A stretch of DNA of 64,000 bases from Octopus sinensis (lineage: Eukaryota). Each line of letters begins with the position of its first letter. Position 1 is the stretch's first letter. The stretch is from contig NC_043008.1 in the NCBI RefSeq assembly GCF_006345805.1, positions 51,522,001-51,586,000 on the forward strand, given 5' to 3'. Under the pieces are notes generated by a model, which had not been told where the DNA came from, did no database searches, and was given only the letters and a program-made list of their open reading frames with translations. A program made the translations under genes and the position numbers. Shown here piece by piece: positions 26,294 through 38,520 of the stretch.

Positions 26294-26476
26294 ATATAAA
26301 TTATGCAATTTCCTCGCTAACTAAAAAGCTAGAGGTAATGATTTACTAATTTTGAAACGCATATTTTATTCGTTTCGGCAATTCGTGTTTTTGTATTTGC
26401 CATTATTTCAGTTATCGGTTTTAACTTCACCGCTTCTCCGAGAAGTTCGTAGAAAGTTTTTCTCCGAGTTTTAATT

Positions 26477-27418
26477 ATGACTGAAATATGTGAACGTGAG
26501 AAACCGAAAATTCGGGTAAAAATCGTGGACGCGATCATTAATAAAGAAGATCTAATTCAAAAGGAATATACTCTACACGATATTCAACAGGTAACTAAGA
26601 ATATTGATAGTACAATTAAGTTCCTTGCATCGGTCGGTTTACTTCACAATTCAGTGGTATGTTGTACCCAGCACATGACTTTTGTGACTCGTAAACAATG
26701 TTCAGATGGAAAAGTTTGGCACTGTTCTGTGTGCAGATCTTATCGTAGCATTAGGAATGATTCTTTCTTTTCTAAGTCTTCTATCCGTCTAACCCGCCAT
26801 CTTGAACTTATTTATTGGTGGACGTCGATTGAGTCCACGCAGTCTGTTGTTATGAATCAGGTTGGTCTTGGTTCAGAGGCCATAGTTAATTGGTATAACT
26901 ATTTTCGAGATGTCTGTGCCATGTGGTGCATCGATCACCCTACGAAGATCGGAGGAGAAGGAGTGAAGGTGGATATCGCCGAGTCAAAATTTATGCACCG
27001 CCAATATCATCGTGGTCATTATAAGGAAGGCCACTTGATCCTTGGGATGGTGGAGCGCCACAGTCTTAATTCCGTCCTTGTACCTGTCCCTGATCAAAGT
27101 GGTGCCACTTTGTTACCTATCATCCTTGAACATGTGTTGCCAGGCACCTGCATAGTAACGGATGGCTGTCATTCCTATGAAAAACTTCAAGAATCAGCTG
27201 GTCACAATCTTCAGTTTATGGATCCCAAAGATGAAAAACTCAACAGAAACAAAATAGAAGGGACGTGGAATAACGTGAAAAATAGATATAAACATTTGTA
27301 TGGACTTTCTGATAATCTGTTCTCGACTTACTTACAAGAATTCAGTTGGCGTCGTGTTCACAAAGATAATACATTTATGTCATTTATTTACTGGGTTCGG
27401 CATTATTATCCTGTGTAA
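26477..27418 (+). CDS. Merlin/IS1016 (ISXO2-like, IS1595 DDE) transposase-derived protein, intact 313-aa ORF, first catalytic Asp replaced by Ala
   Basis: Zn-finger-like C..M...DG..WHC..C...SIR..SFF, KIGG.G..VDIAESKF (family VEIDESKF), GMVER, TLLPII..HV.PG..IVTDG, NKIEGTW..VK, YLQEF.WR. No TIRs found by eye. Confidence 0.85.
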   Translation: MTEICEREKPKIRVKIVDAIINKEDLIQKEYTLHDIQQVTKNIDSTIKFLASVGLLHNSVVCCTQHMTFVTRKQCSDGKVWHCSVCRSYRSIRNDSFFSKSSIRLTRHLELIYWWTSIESTQSVVMNQVGLGSEAIVNWYNYFRDVCAMWCIDHPTKIGGEGVKVDIAESKFMHRQYHRGHYKEGHLILGMVERHSLNSVLVPVPDQSGATLLPIILEHVLPGTCIVTDGCHSYEKLQESAGHNLQFMDPKDEKLNRNKIEGTWNNVKNRYKHLYGLSDNLFSTYLQEFSWRRVHKDNTFMSFIYWVRHYYPV

Positions 27419-27579
27419 TGATTTTAGTGATGAAAAGCTTTTTTTTTTTATTTATTAAAGATGAAAAAAAATCAAGAATGTAAATAATTTTGTTATTGAA
27501 TACTTTCGTTCTTTCAATACAAGCACATGTATTGATGGCGATTTAAAAAAAAATTACACGTAACCCCCCCCCCCCCTGC

Positions 27580-28046
27580 TGAAACAAACCATTCGGATTT
27601 GGACAAGATCCAATAACCGAAAACTGCAATCTTTCGGTGAAAGTATGTGACGTCATGACATTGTTTCGTCTGCTCGACAGAAGTTAACTATCAAACACAT
27701 TCGCGCTCACCCATGACTGACTTCATATATTAATAGCGAAACACTGCCCCGAAAAACCTATGTTTTTATAATCATCTAAAACTAGTTAAGACTGTCATAT
27801 TGACAATCTTTCTATCTTTCGGTATTAGTATATGACGTCATTCAGTTTGATGTGTTCGGCAATTTTGGTGTGGGCGGGCTTATATCCTTGACTTTTCTTC
27901 CGTTACATTGTCTTTGATCTGAGCAGTCGAAGACACACACACACGTTCTCGCTATCTACCCAGTCTACTAATCAGCGGCTGGGATTAGTCCCTCACTCAT
28001 ATCAATTTTTTTCTCAATAAAATGAAAATTACTTATTTCTGTAAGA
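27580..28046 (+). promoter_or_regulatory. CpG-rich promoter-like segment with two CRE palindromes, a GC box and a candidate splice donor
   Basis: TGACGTCA at 27648-27655 and 27833-27840, GGGCGGG at 27872-27878, donor-like ct|GTAAGA at 28041. Confidence 0.35.
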
Positions 28047-29471
28047 TTTGCTTAATATGCGAGTATGTATGTATTTTTGTACATGTATATGTTTGTGTGT
28101 ATTTATGTATTTTTGTGCATGTATATTGTATCTTTAACTTGTTTCAGTCATAAGACTGCTGCCATGCTGGGGCACTGCGTTGAAGAATTTTTAGTCAAAT
28201 GAATCAACCTGAGTACTTTTACTTTTAAGTCTGGTACTCATTCTATCCTTCTCTTTTCCTGGACTACTACGTTACGAGGTGGTAGATAAGCATAGACATA
28301 CACACACACACACACACACACACAGAGGATGGGCTTCTTTCTGTTTCCATCTATGAAATTCACTCACAAGACTTTTGTCAACTGGAGGCTATAGTAGAAG
28401 ACACTTGCCCAAGGTGCCACACAGTGGGACTGAACCCCCAGAGCCGTGTGGATGGGAAGCATACTTCTTACCAGGCAACCATGGTCGGTACAATATGTAT
28501 TTTTGTGTATGTATGAATGGGTAACGTTGTTGTTGAACACTTTCTCAAAAAAGAACTTTTCCTTTATTTTCATTGTTTCCTCATCAGTAATTTCCATCTG
28601 TCACTTTTGCTAGTGTACTCCCCACCACCTCACACGCTTTAACTATAAGTTTATTCCATGGCCTCTAGTTTTCAGCTGTTTCTACTGACCACTAGTTGTT
28701 TTTACATTACTCTTTACTCTTACTCTTTTACTTGTTTCAGTCATTTGACTGCGGCCATGCTGGAGCACCGCCTTTAGTCGAGCAAATCGACCCCGGGACT
28801 TATTCTTTGTAAGCCCAGTACTTATTCTATCGGTCTCTTTTGCCGAACCGCTAAGTGACGGGGACGTAAACACACCAGCATCGGTTGTCAAGCAATGCTA
28901 GAGGGACAAACACACACACATACACATACATATACATATATATACATATATACGACAGGCTTCTTTCAGTTTCCGTCTACCAAATCCACTCACAAGGCAT
29001 TGGTCGGCCCGGGGCTATAGCAGAAGACACTTGCCCAAGATGCCATGCAGTGGGACTGAACCTGGAACCATGTCGTTGGTTAGCAAGCTACTTACCATAC
29101 AGCCACTCCTGCGCATTGGTTAATTTTTTTTTTTGACTCTAGGCACAAGGCCCGAAATCTTTGGGGAGTGGGCCAGTTAATTAGATTCTACCCCAGTATG
29201 CAACTGGCATTTAATTTATCGACCCTGAAAGGATGAAAGGCAAAGTCAACCACGGCGGAATTTGAACTCAGAACGTAAAGAGAAACGAAATACCACTAAG
29301 CGTTTCGCCTGGCGTACTAACGTTTCTGCCAGCTGACACATTCCTGATTATATAGAGGTAGATTGGCATATCTACACAAGTGTGCCCCACCCTGACTTTG
29401 TTTCTTCATAACCTTTGGTAAAAATGTATATTTTCATCGTGAGATTTTCTAGTTGGTGTACATTTTGAGTA

Positions 29472-29784
29472 CAGGTACTGAACCTCTTATTCAGCAACCT
29501 TAGGACCAGAGGTGGTCTGGATTTCTGGATACAGGCCAAATATATACTGAAAGTATGAAATAAACAACAGAAAGTAAAGAACAAAATTGTGTAACATATA
29601 CTAATTAATACATTTGTAAACCAGGATCTGTTTGATCCTTATTAAGCTACTTAAAACGATTAAAATATAGAATACTGTACTACATATAATGTATAGGCGA
29701 ACTACTGCAGCCCACGAAATTCAAAGCTAGCCAATTTCAAAAATACCTGTATTTCTGGATTCTGGATAAGAGGTTCGGTACCTA
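29472..29784. mobile_element. pogo/Tigger-like MITE
   Basis: caggtactgaacctcttattcag is inverted to ctggataagaggttcggtaccta, with TA flanks at 29470-71 and 29785-86. Confidence 0.8.
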
Positions 29785-30749
29785 TATATTGGAATTTCTT
29801 TTACAAAAAAAAATGTTGTGATGATGAAGGTGGATAATTCACAGAGGAATGATATGAGGAACCAATGTCGAGATGTGTGAATTATTTGAGTCATCCTCTC
29901 TCAGTTTTTTCAAATCAAATTCTGACATAATCGTAATGTACACCATCTGAAAAATATCTCCTGTGGTGGTGGTAGCAGCAACAATGGTGGCAGCAGTGGT
30001 GTGAGTGGGGCACACATCTATAGTTATGCCACTGGATTCAATGTAGAAATTTATCTGTTTTGTCTACACAATTCTAAATGGAATAAATCTAAAAACAAAC
30101 TGAAATTTTGTGGTAGAGACAGGCAAAAGTATGGAAAAGGCCAGCGGAAGAAAGACTACTGGAATAAAATATAAAACTAATTTAAAGATTGCCACTAACA
30201 ACACATGTTAATTGCAAACCAAAATATAGATTTATAAACATCTTTGTAAAATGAAAAATGTTTGCTCAATTTTATTCATTACTGAATAATAAAAGTAAAA
30301 GTGAAGTTTTAAACTCAAAGATCACTATTGTTTCAAAATAAATAGTCACTTCTTTATATTAACTTTATTTTTATTTAAATAATAAAATAATTTTCTGTGT
30401 CGGTGACAAAAAGTTTGTGACAACTGCCAAAAACAGTAGTAAAATCTGTCTCAATACCTCACTGAAATATTAGATTTGAGTAATTTGCTGTGTAAGAATA
30501 AAAGTCCATAAATAAGATGATAATTATATTACATAATAAAAAAACCAATAATGTAGAGATTTGCTAATCCAGTACCCGTAGAATCTGGATAAATGCAGAT
30601 TATCAAATATATTGGTGGACTGGAACTCATTCTTGAAATGTAACAAAATCATATTTTAGGTAAATAATAAGCAAAAACAAAAAATAAATACACGTGCTGG
30701 ACTTATTGAATACTAGGTTATGGGAGCTTTACTGTATCACCTTTATAAG

Positions 30750-31510
30750 TACTGGATGTAGAAGAAGCTAGTATGATCTGCTGGATGTGTAATGCCAGTG
30801 TGCATACACAACTGTAAGCGCCCTGAAAGAAAAGTTGGACATAAGCATCAAATGTGATGTGCAAGAGAGACGACTCCGCTGGTATGGTCATATGTTACAT
30901 ATGGATAAAGATAGCTGTGTAAAGAAGTACCACACCCTAACTGTGGAAGGAACCTGTGAAAGAGGTAGACTTAGGAAGACCTTTGAACATTGGGCCTCAC
31001 AGAGGCAATGACAGGAGACTGAGACCTTAGGAGATATGCTGTGATTGAGAAGACGCAGCCATTACTGATGCTAGTGTTGCATGTCCAGCCCATTTAAGAG
31101 TACCCTTGTTGCATTGGGCGATATGATATGTTTGAGAAGACCTGTTGAGTCAAGTAAAACCAAAATTGTAGCTGTAGCCAGTGCCCTCTGACTGGCTCCC
31201 ATGCTGGTAGCATGTAAAAAGCACTATCCAAATGTGATCGATTGCAGGACTGCCTGACTGGCTTGCATGCTGATGGCACATAGAAAGCACCATCCGAACG
31301 TGGCTGATGCCAGGCCTGTCTGACTAGCTCCTGTTCCAGTGATACGTAAAAAGCACCCACTACAGTCTTGGAGTGGTTAGTGTTAGGAAAGGCATCCAAC
31401 TGTAGAAACACTGCCAGATCAGATTGGATCTTGGTGCAGCTACTGGCCCTCCAAACCGTCCAACCTATGCTACCATGGAAACTGGATGTTAAACAATGAT
31501 GATGATGAAA
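30750..31510 (+). mobile_element. Degraded RTE LINE 3' end with UTR
   Basis: WMCNASVH..CDVQERRLRWYGH similarity, followed by the UTR and (GAT)n. Confidence 0.75.
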
Positions 31511-33309
31511 AACCCTTGTCTGACAAATGTTTTGTGAGTTAATTTGGTTGAAAGAAGCCCTTCATATGTGCATCTATGTGAGTGTGCATGAATGTTTACA
31601 TCTTGTGATTTCATTTGTGCGAAATAGTGATATGATGTTTACATTGCTAGTTGACATGACTTGTCTTTCTGCACTTTCACAGACATCATCATCATCATTT
31701 AACATCTGTTTACCGTACTGGCATGGGTTGAATGGTATGACAGGGTCTGGCAAACCACTGGGCTGCACCAAACTCCAGTGTGAGCTTTGGCATGGTTTCT
31801 GTAACTGGATGGCCTTCCTAATGCTAACCACTTTACAATGTGTACTGGGTTTTTTTTTGTGCTATTGGTACAGCTATTTGTGTTGTGATCCAATTTTTGT
31901 GATGATTATTGAGCCTCATATAGTTTTTTAAGAGATAGAACAACAGTGATATTAACATGTTGGGAAATAAAACTTATAAATATAAGTTTAATTAACTTTA
32001 CAATAGTCATGATGTAGATCTGCAAAATCACATTGCTCTGTTTGTCTCAAACAGCTCACAGTTGGGCTCAAAAAACAAGAGCCTTGTTTGTTTTAGTCTT
32101 TTCTTAAATGAAACTTTGCTGGGGACAATGCAGTGTGATACATATTTGCATTTTACATTTGAGAGGATAATATTCTAAAGTAGCTTTTCAATCCCCCACT
32201 TTCTGTGCCTGTTGTCATCATTTTCTGCTTTCTTTCCATGCTGACATCAGTTGGACATTTTGACAGGATCCAACAAATCAGATGACCCCACCATCTTGCT
32301 CCAAAGTCTCATTAATATCTCCTATGGTGTTATTAGTACATCATTGTATTGCTCAATAGACCATCATGAAATATGTGTTACCTACAATGAGATTCTTTCA
32401 GGTTCTGACAAGGCTTTGGGTGGCCTGAGGCAGTAGTAGACACTTGCACAAAGTGCCACACAGTGCGACTGAAACTGAAACCATGTGGTTGAGAAGCAAG
32501 CTTCTTATCACACAGCCTTACCCTTGCCTCAATACCATCATCATCATCATCGTCATTTAATGTCCGCTTTCCATTCTGGCATGGGTTGGACGGTTTGACT
32601 GAGACTGATGAGCCAGAAGGCAGCACCAAGCTCAGTCTGATCTGGCAAAGTTTCTACTGCTTGATGCCCTTCCTAATGCCAACCACTCCGAGAGTGTAGT
32701 GGGTGCTTTTACATGCCACCAGCATGAGGGCCAGTCAGGCAGTACTGGCAACAACCATGCTCAAAAGGTATTTTTTATGTGCTACAAGCACGGAAGCCAG
32801 TCCAGTGTCACTGGCAATGACCATGCTCGAATGTTGTTTTACACATGTCACTGGTACACGTGCCAATAAGGTGATGCTGGCAATGATCACACTCGAATGG
32901 TGCTTTTTGTGTCACTGGCACAGGAGCCAATCCGTGGCCCTGGCAACGATCATGCTCATATGTGCTTTTAACGTTCCACTGGCACAAGTGCCAATCAGGT
33001 GGTACTGTCATCAGCCACGTCAGCGATTTTGATTTCACTTGCCTCAATAGGTCTTCGCAAGCAAAGTTTATTGTCCGATGAATGTGTTATTCTCTAGAAC
33101 ACTTCCTATGAAATATCCTAATTTTCATTTCCATTTTACCACGACGATGCAAAAAAATCCATGGCTATTCAAAAATATTGTCACACTCCAAAATAAGCTA
33201 AACCTCATTCATCAATAGGTGGATTAAAAAAGTATAAAATTTAATACATCAAAATTTCAGGCCATTCATTACAGAGAGAATACACACAAATCACAATATC
33301 CGACACAAG

Positions 33310-33700
33310 AATGATGCAGAGCCCTCATGACTTAGGAGTAATCATATCAAATGATGCATCTTTCATTAGCCACATCACCAAACTGACCTCTAAATGCAGG
33401 CATCTCATAGGTTGGATCCTACAAACCTTTGTGACAAGAGAATCAGTAGTTAGGCTTACTCAATGGAAAACCTGAGTTCTGAGCAGGTTAGATTACTGCT
33501 CACAGCTTTGGTCTCCTAACTCATCCGGTCTCATAAAAGAAATTAAAAGGTTACAAAGAATGTTCACCAGTAAAATACCTTTGGTTAAAAGACTTGTCCA
33601 CTGGGAATATTTGAAAGCATTGCATCTCTACTATCTTGAATGCTGAAGAGTAATTTGCGATCACATATGTATGGAAAATCCTGTTCCAAACTCCAACATT
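33310..33700 (+). pseudogene. CR1-like LINE RT-tail fragment
   Basis: DLGVIISNDASF...CRHLIGWIL..F.TR...SRLDYCSQLWSP...LQRMFT.KI. Confidence 0.8.
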
Positions 33701-34199
33701 AGAGAGAATTTTAATGCATGAAATGTTAGACACTTTCGGCTTCCAGATATACCACCTTCGAAATCATGAGCAAAGGTACTTCATCTTGTGATGAAAAATG
33801 GGGTCATGAATGTAAAAGTTTATCAAGCATTGATGTATGATAATGAAAAAAATTATTATACCTGTGTTTGTTTTGATATTAAGATTGAAAAAGAAGCACA
33901 GCTGTGTTTGTAAAAAATTTGGACCTGAGTTTGCACCCCCTAAGCAAATTTCATTCCTGGGCTACTGTACATACATGCATGCATTCATTCATTCATTCAT
34001 TCATGCATCTGGTTATGCATAGCTAATTTTTGCTTCGCAAAGGCGAAATATAGAACTTTAAAATAAATTTTATATTTTACATTGCTCGTTGTTCTCTCCA
34101 CAAAGTTTCTTCATGAGACAGTTTTAGGCCCAGTTGGATGTTCATTTTCCTTTTCTTAATCTTAATTGCTGAATGAGTTTGGTTTTATGGTTGGTTTAT

Positions 34200-35150
34200 T
34201 GGTTTGATTCTATTACTCATTGGTATCCGTCTATCTCATGGAATCAAGTACTTGCAGGAATAGATGTGTTTATATAGGGCATGCTTTCAACAGATCATGA
34301 TTAACTCTTCATATAGAAACTGCATTCCTTTGTTAACATAGAGATTACTAATTTGTTTCCAGGAATTCAGTTTCGATTTCATTCCACTTGGTCTTCCTGA
34401 AATTCAAGTTCATGAGGAGTGAGTCATGTTTGATTTTATTTGAACCGGATACTGATAATTGTATAATTTTGTGGTCGGAAATAGCTGTGGGAATGATCTG
34501 AACATTGTGAGTGAAGTCTGTATCGGTGGTAAAGACTAGGCTGAGTATGCTTTTTCCCCCAAGTTGGACGGGTAATGATTTGTTATATGAGGCAGTCTTT
34601 TAGTAGTGTCACAAAGAGCATTCATATCTCTCCTATTCAGTTGCATAATTTCAGGTTGGATATAATTCTCAGGCCGGCTGAAATTAGGAAAACTAAAATC
34701 TCCTGCTAAATGTACATTGGCCAGTGGGCTGGCCTCATTTGAGGTTTAGCTTATAAGCGTCAAAGCATCTTTGATCTCCGCAGTTAGTTGCACCAGGAAG
34801 CCAGTTGGTAATATCTATGATTAAATTGAAGTCAATCACATGCATTATTAGTGCAGTGCACACTGTTGGAGTGGTAGAGGAGGACATTTGTTACCAGGTC
34901 TTCTTGGATGAAAATCGCTATTTCTCATTGTTTCTGTGTTATGTAGTCAGTTCTAAGTAATACATAACTTGGCATATGTACATCCACATCTAATACGCCT
35001 GGGGTCAGGTATGTTTCATTTAGTGCTACACATATTGACTTTTCTCACTGTATGAGCTCTCTCTCTCACTGTGCAAGGTCTCTAAGATATGATATTTATA
35101 GTCAATTTGTGAAGTGTGAAAGATCTCGTATATTCGGCATTATCATAGAG
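34200..35150 (-). pseudogene. CR1-like LINE apurinic endonuclease relic
   Basis: Minus strand NIRDL...CVALNETYLTP...MPSYVLLRTD...IAIFIQEDL, heavily degraded. Boundaries approximate. Confidence 0.6.
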
Positions 35151-36213
35151 TTGAGTTTGTGAGTTAATGACAGCAATGGTGTGTGGTTGTGAACTGGAGT
35201 AATAGCAGTGGTTGGTGCTGTGTGAGAGTTAGAAGTCTTTTTTATTTCTTTTACCAGATTCACTATGGTTTGTGGCTGTTGATTTTACAGTAGATATCTC
35301 AGTGACATCTGGATTTCAATGAAAGTCTGGACCAACACTGCCACTGTAAAGGATATTTCTCTTGTAGATTTGGTGGTGATTTGAAGTCATGCTTTTACTA
35401 GTGCATAGAGTCCCTAAAAGATTAGTGAAGGGACAGTCACACATCTGACTTAATCTTTTATGTTGGGAAAGCAACAGATTTTAAGAGTCCAGGTTACATG
35501 TGTAGTAGTTATTAAGTGTGATTTAGCATTTAGAAGTGTTGATGGTGGTGTTGTAAGATGTGTGGTTTGGCATTGGCTGGTATTGCTTGTGCAAATTATG
35601 CATCTTGTCCTTGGAAAATGGGTGAAGCTACAGTCACTGCATTTGCATAGTTTCTCATGTTGAGAATAGCAACATATTTTTGGGTTTCGTGTGATCATGA
35701 TTTTACTTTATTTGTAGTTGGTAAATTTATCATGGAGCTGTCAGGTATACATTCAGATTGAAGTGGATAGTAATGGGGAGGTAGGTAGGAAGAAAAGAGT
35801 GGTACTTCACTAATTGGAGTAGTAGTAGTGGTAATGGTAGTAGCAGTAGATTAGAATAGCAATGGCTATGATGGATCTCTTGTGTTATTCTGAGAAGAAT
35901 TTGAGTGACCTGACTGTGGAGAAGAGTGAGAGACTGTGTTGTTTAATGAGTCATCAATTGTTCTAGTATTAAAGAGTGACTGTCAATACTAATCATGTTG
36001 TTATTGCTATTGTCTATTTGTGGTAAGGGTAATTGCAGTAGAATATAATGGCAATAATGAAGATGATGGGTCATTTGTGGTATTTTGAGAAAATGAGAAA
36101 GTGGGGATAACTACACAGAGAAGGGTTCTTGATTGTGGAGTTTAATATTTCATTAATTGTGCTAGTATTGAGGAGTGGCCTTGGCTTTTGTTGTTTTGTT
36201 GTTGCTATATTGT

Positions 36214-36262
<49 letters not shown>

Positions 36263-36285
36263 TATATGTATATATATATGTCTAC

Positions 36286-36316
<31 letters not shown>

Positions 36317-36719
36317 TATCTACTTAAGGCGGAGAGCTGGCAGAAACGTTAGCACGCAGGGCAAAATTCCGCTGAGGTCAACTTTACCTTTCATCCTTTC
36401 GGGGTTGATAAATTAAGTACCAGTTACGCATTGGGGTCGATGTAATCGACTTAATCCGTTTGTTTGTCCCCTCTGTGTTTAGCCCCTTGTGGGTAGTAAA
36501 AAAATATATATATATCTACTCACAAATATATATATATATGGTGCAGACATGGCTTTGCAATTAAGAAACTTGCTTCCTACCATATGATCTTAGGTTCAGT
36601 CCCACTGTATGCCACCTTAAGCAAGTGCCTTTTACTCTGGGCCCAGGGCTGACCAAAGACTTGTGATTGGATGTGGCTGATGGAAACTAAAAGAAGTCTA
36701 CCATATATGTCTTAGTCTA

Positions 36720-37056
36720 GACAATAGACTCCCTCAAATGCTCGGTGGCTGGGGATCATTAGAACGCATCAGTTATTATTTATTATTTTGCATCAATTGT
36801 TGTTCATCTATGTTATTGCCATTTTATGTTTTGTTTAAATTAACCTCTAACTCAGGTAACCTTGTGACCGCGTGTGTACCGTTGGCGATTTTTTTTCCTC
36901 TGTCTTCCCTTCTCTGGATCTTTCCTTCTCCTATGTTTCCAACGAAGAGCTCCGCTTGAAACGTTAAACCCTACTTCTTTCCTTCTTTCCTGAGCGTCCA
37001 ATAATACTATATTTGTTCCACGTCCTCGCGTTATTGTGTTTTTCTGTGCTTTCTTG
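36720..37056 (+). mobile_element. Penelope-like terminal-repeat relic with degenerate minimal hammerhead (36935-36969)
   Basis: GUUU-CCAACGA-A-GAGC-ucc-GCUU-GAAA-CGU-U-AAAC, with palindromic ACGU helix III. Confidence 0.5.
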
Positions 37057-37179
37057 TTTGCATAAGGTGGAAGTAGATATCTTCAAAAAGAACTAGACAT
37101 CTTCCTCTTCACAGAATTGGATGAACCAACAGCTGGGACAGAGGCACATACATACATATACATATATATATATATATAT

Positions 37180-37255
<76 letters not shown>

Positions 37256-37299
37256 CATATATATATATATTCTTTCTTTTCTTTTCTTCCTGTCTGTCT

Positions 37300-38200
37300 T
37301 GATAGACAATGGGTCGCGCCAAGGGTGGGGCCTACTTTGATGATGAGCAGCGTCTGCTGTGACTGAACAGTCCAATTCTAGAGTGGCAGTCCCTGGTACA
37401 GTTGCTGCACACGAACATCGATGGGTACGTGTGGGGTGTTGCTGCAGTTGGCCTCCTCCTGTCCCGCCTGTCCGACCACAGCTGTGCTCTCCTTTCCTCA
37501 GCCATGGAAACGCCTTTCCTCACTGTCCGACGCCAGGCAGAGCGGTTCGCAGCTGTTACCTCCCACGTGTCCACACAGATGTTGGCAGTCCTCAGGTCGC
37601 ACTTGCACACATCCCTGTATCGTAGCTGTGGACGTCCCTTGGGTCGGGATCCCGTGGTGAGTTCGCTGTACAGGATGTCTTTAGGCATGCGACCGTCCTG
37701 CATGCGGCAGACGTGTCCGAGCCAGCACAGTCGTCTCCGCACGAGGATGGCATGCATGCTTGGCATATTAGTCTGTTCTAGGATGACTCCGTTTGGTACT
37801 CGGTCCTTCCAGGAGATGCCAAGGATCCGTCGAAGACACCGCATGTGGAAGCCGCTGAGGCGGCATTCTTGCCGGGTGTATGTTGTCCAGCTCTCGCTGC
37901 TGTAGAGTAGGGTGCTCAGCACGCAGGCTCGGTACACTGCGATCTTGGTGGTTATTGTGAGCATGTTGTTTTCCCACACTCTCCTGGAGAGCTTAGCCAT
38001 GGCAGCAGCAGCCTTCCCAATCCGTCTGTTCAGCTCCGGCTCGAGGGACAGGCTGCTGGAGACCGTCGATCCCAGGTAAGTGAACTCGTTCACCACCTGC
38101 AAGCTGTGGTCGCCGACACTGATGCTGGGAACCCCTCCGACGTCCTGGCCCATGATCTCTGTCTTTTTCAGGCCGATGGTAAGGCCGAACTCTGGCAGGC
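37300..38200 (-). mobile_element. GC-rich, young RTE/BovB-like LINE 3' fragment
   Basis: Uninterrupted 273-aa frame (37332-38153): FTYLGS, TKIAVYRACVLSTLLYSSESW, RRLCWLGHVCRM, C-terminal CxxC..HxxxC zinc finger. 5'-truncated and flanked by (TA)n on both sides. Confidence 0.92.
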
Positions 38201-38220
38201 ATATATATATATATATATAT

Positions 38221-38264
<44 letters not shown>

Positions 38265-38382
38265 GTATATTATATATATATATATATATATGTATATGTA
38301 TATATATTATATATATATGTATATATATATATATGTATATGTATATATATATATTATATATGTATATGTATATATGTATATG

Positions 38383-38413
<31 letters not shown>

Positions 38414-38427
38414 GTATATATATATAG

Positions 38428-38511
<84 letters not shown>

Positions 38512-38520
38512 ATATGTATA

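Noticed and set aside
25560-28050. TIRs around the Merlin ORF
   Set aside because: Searched by eye for inverted matches and for the ggttaatatagggcg terminus and found none. A computational search could still find degenerate ones.
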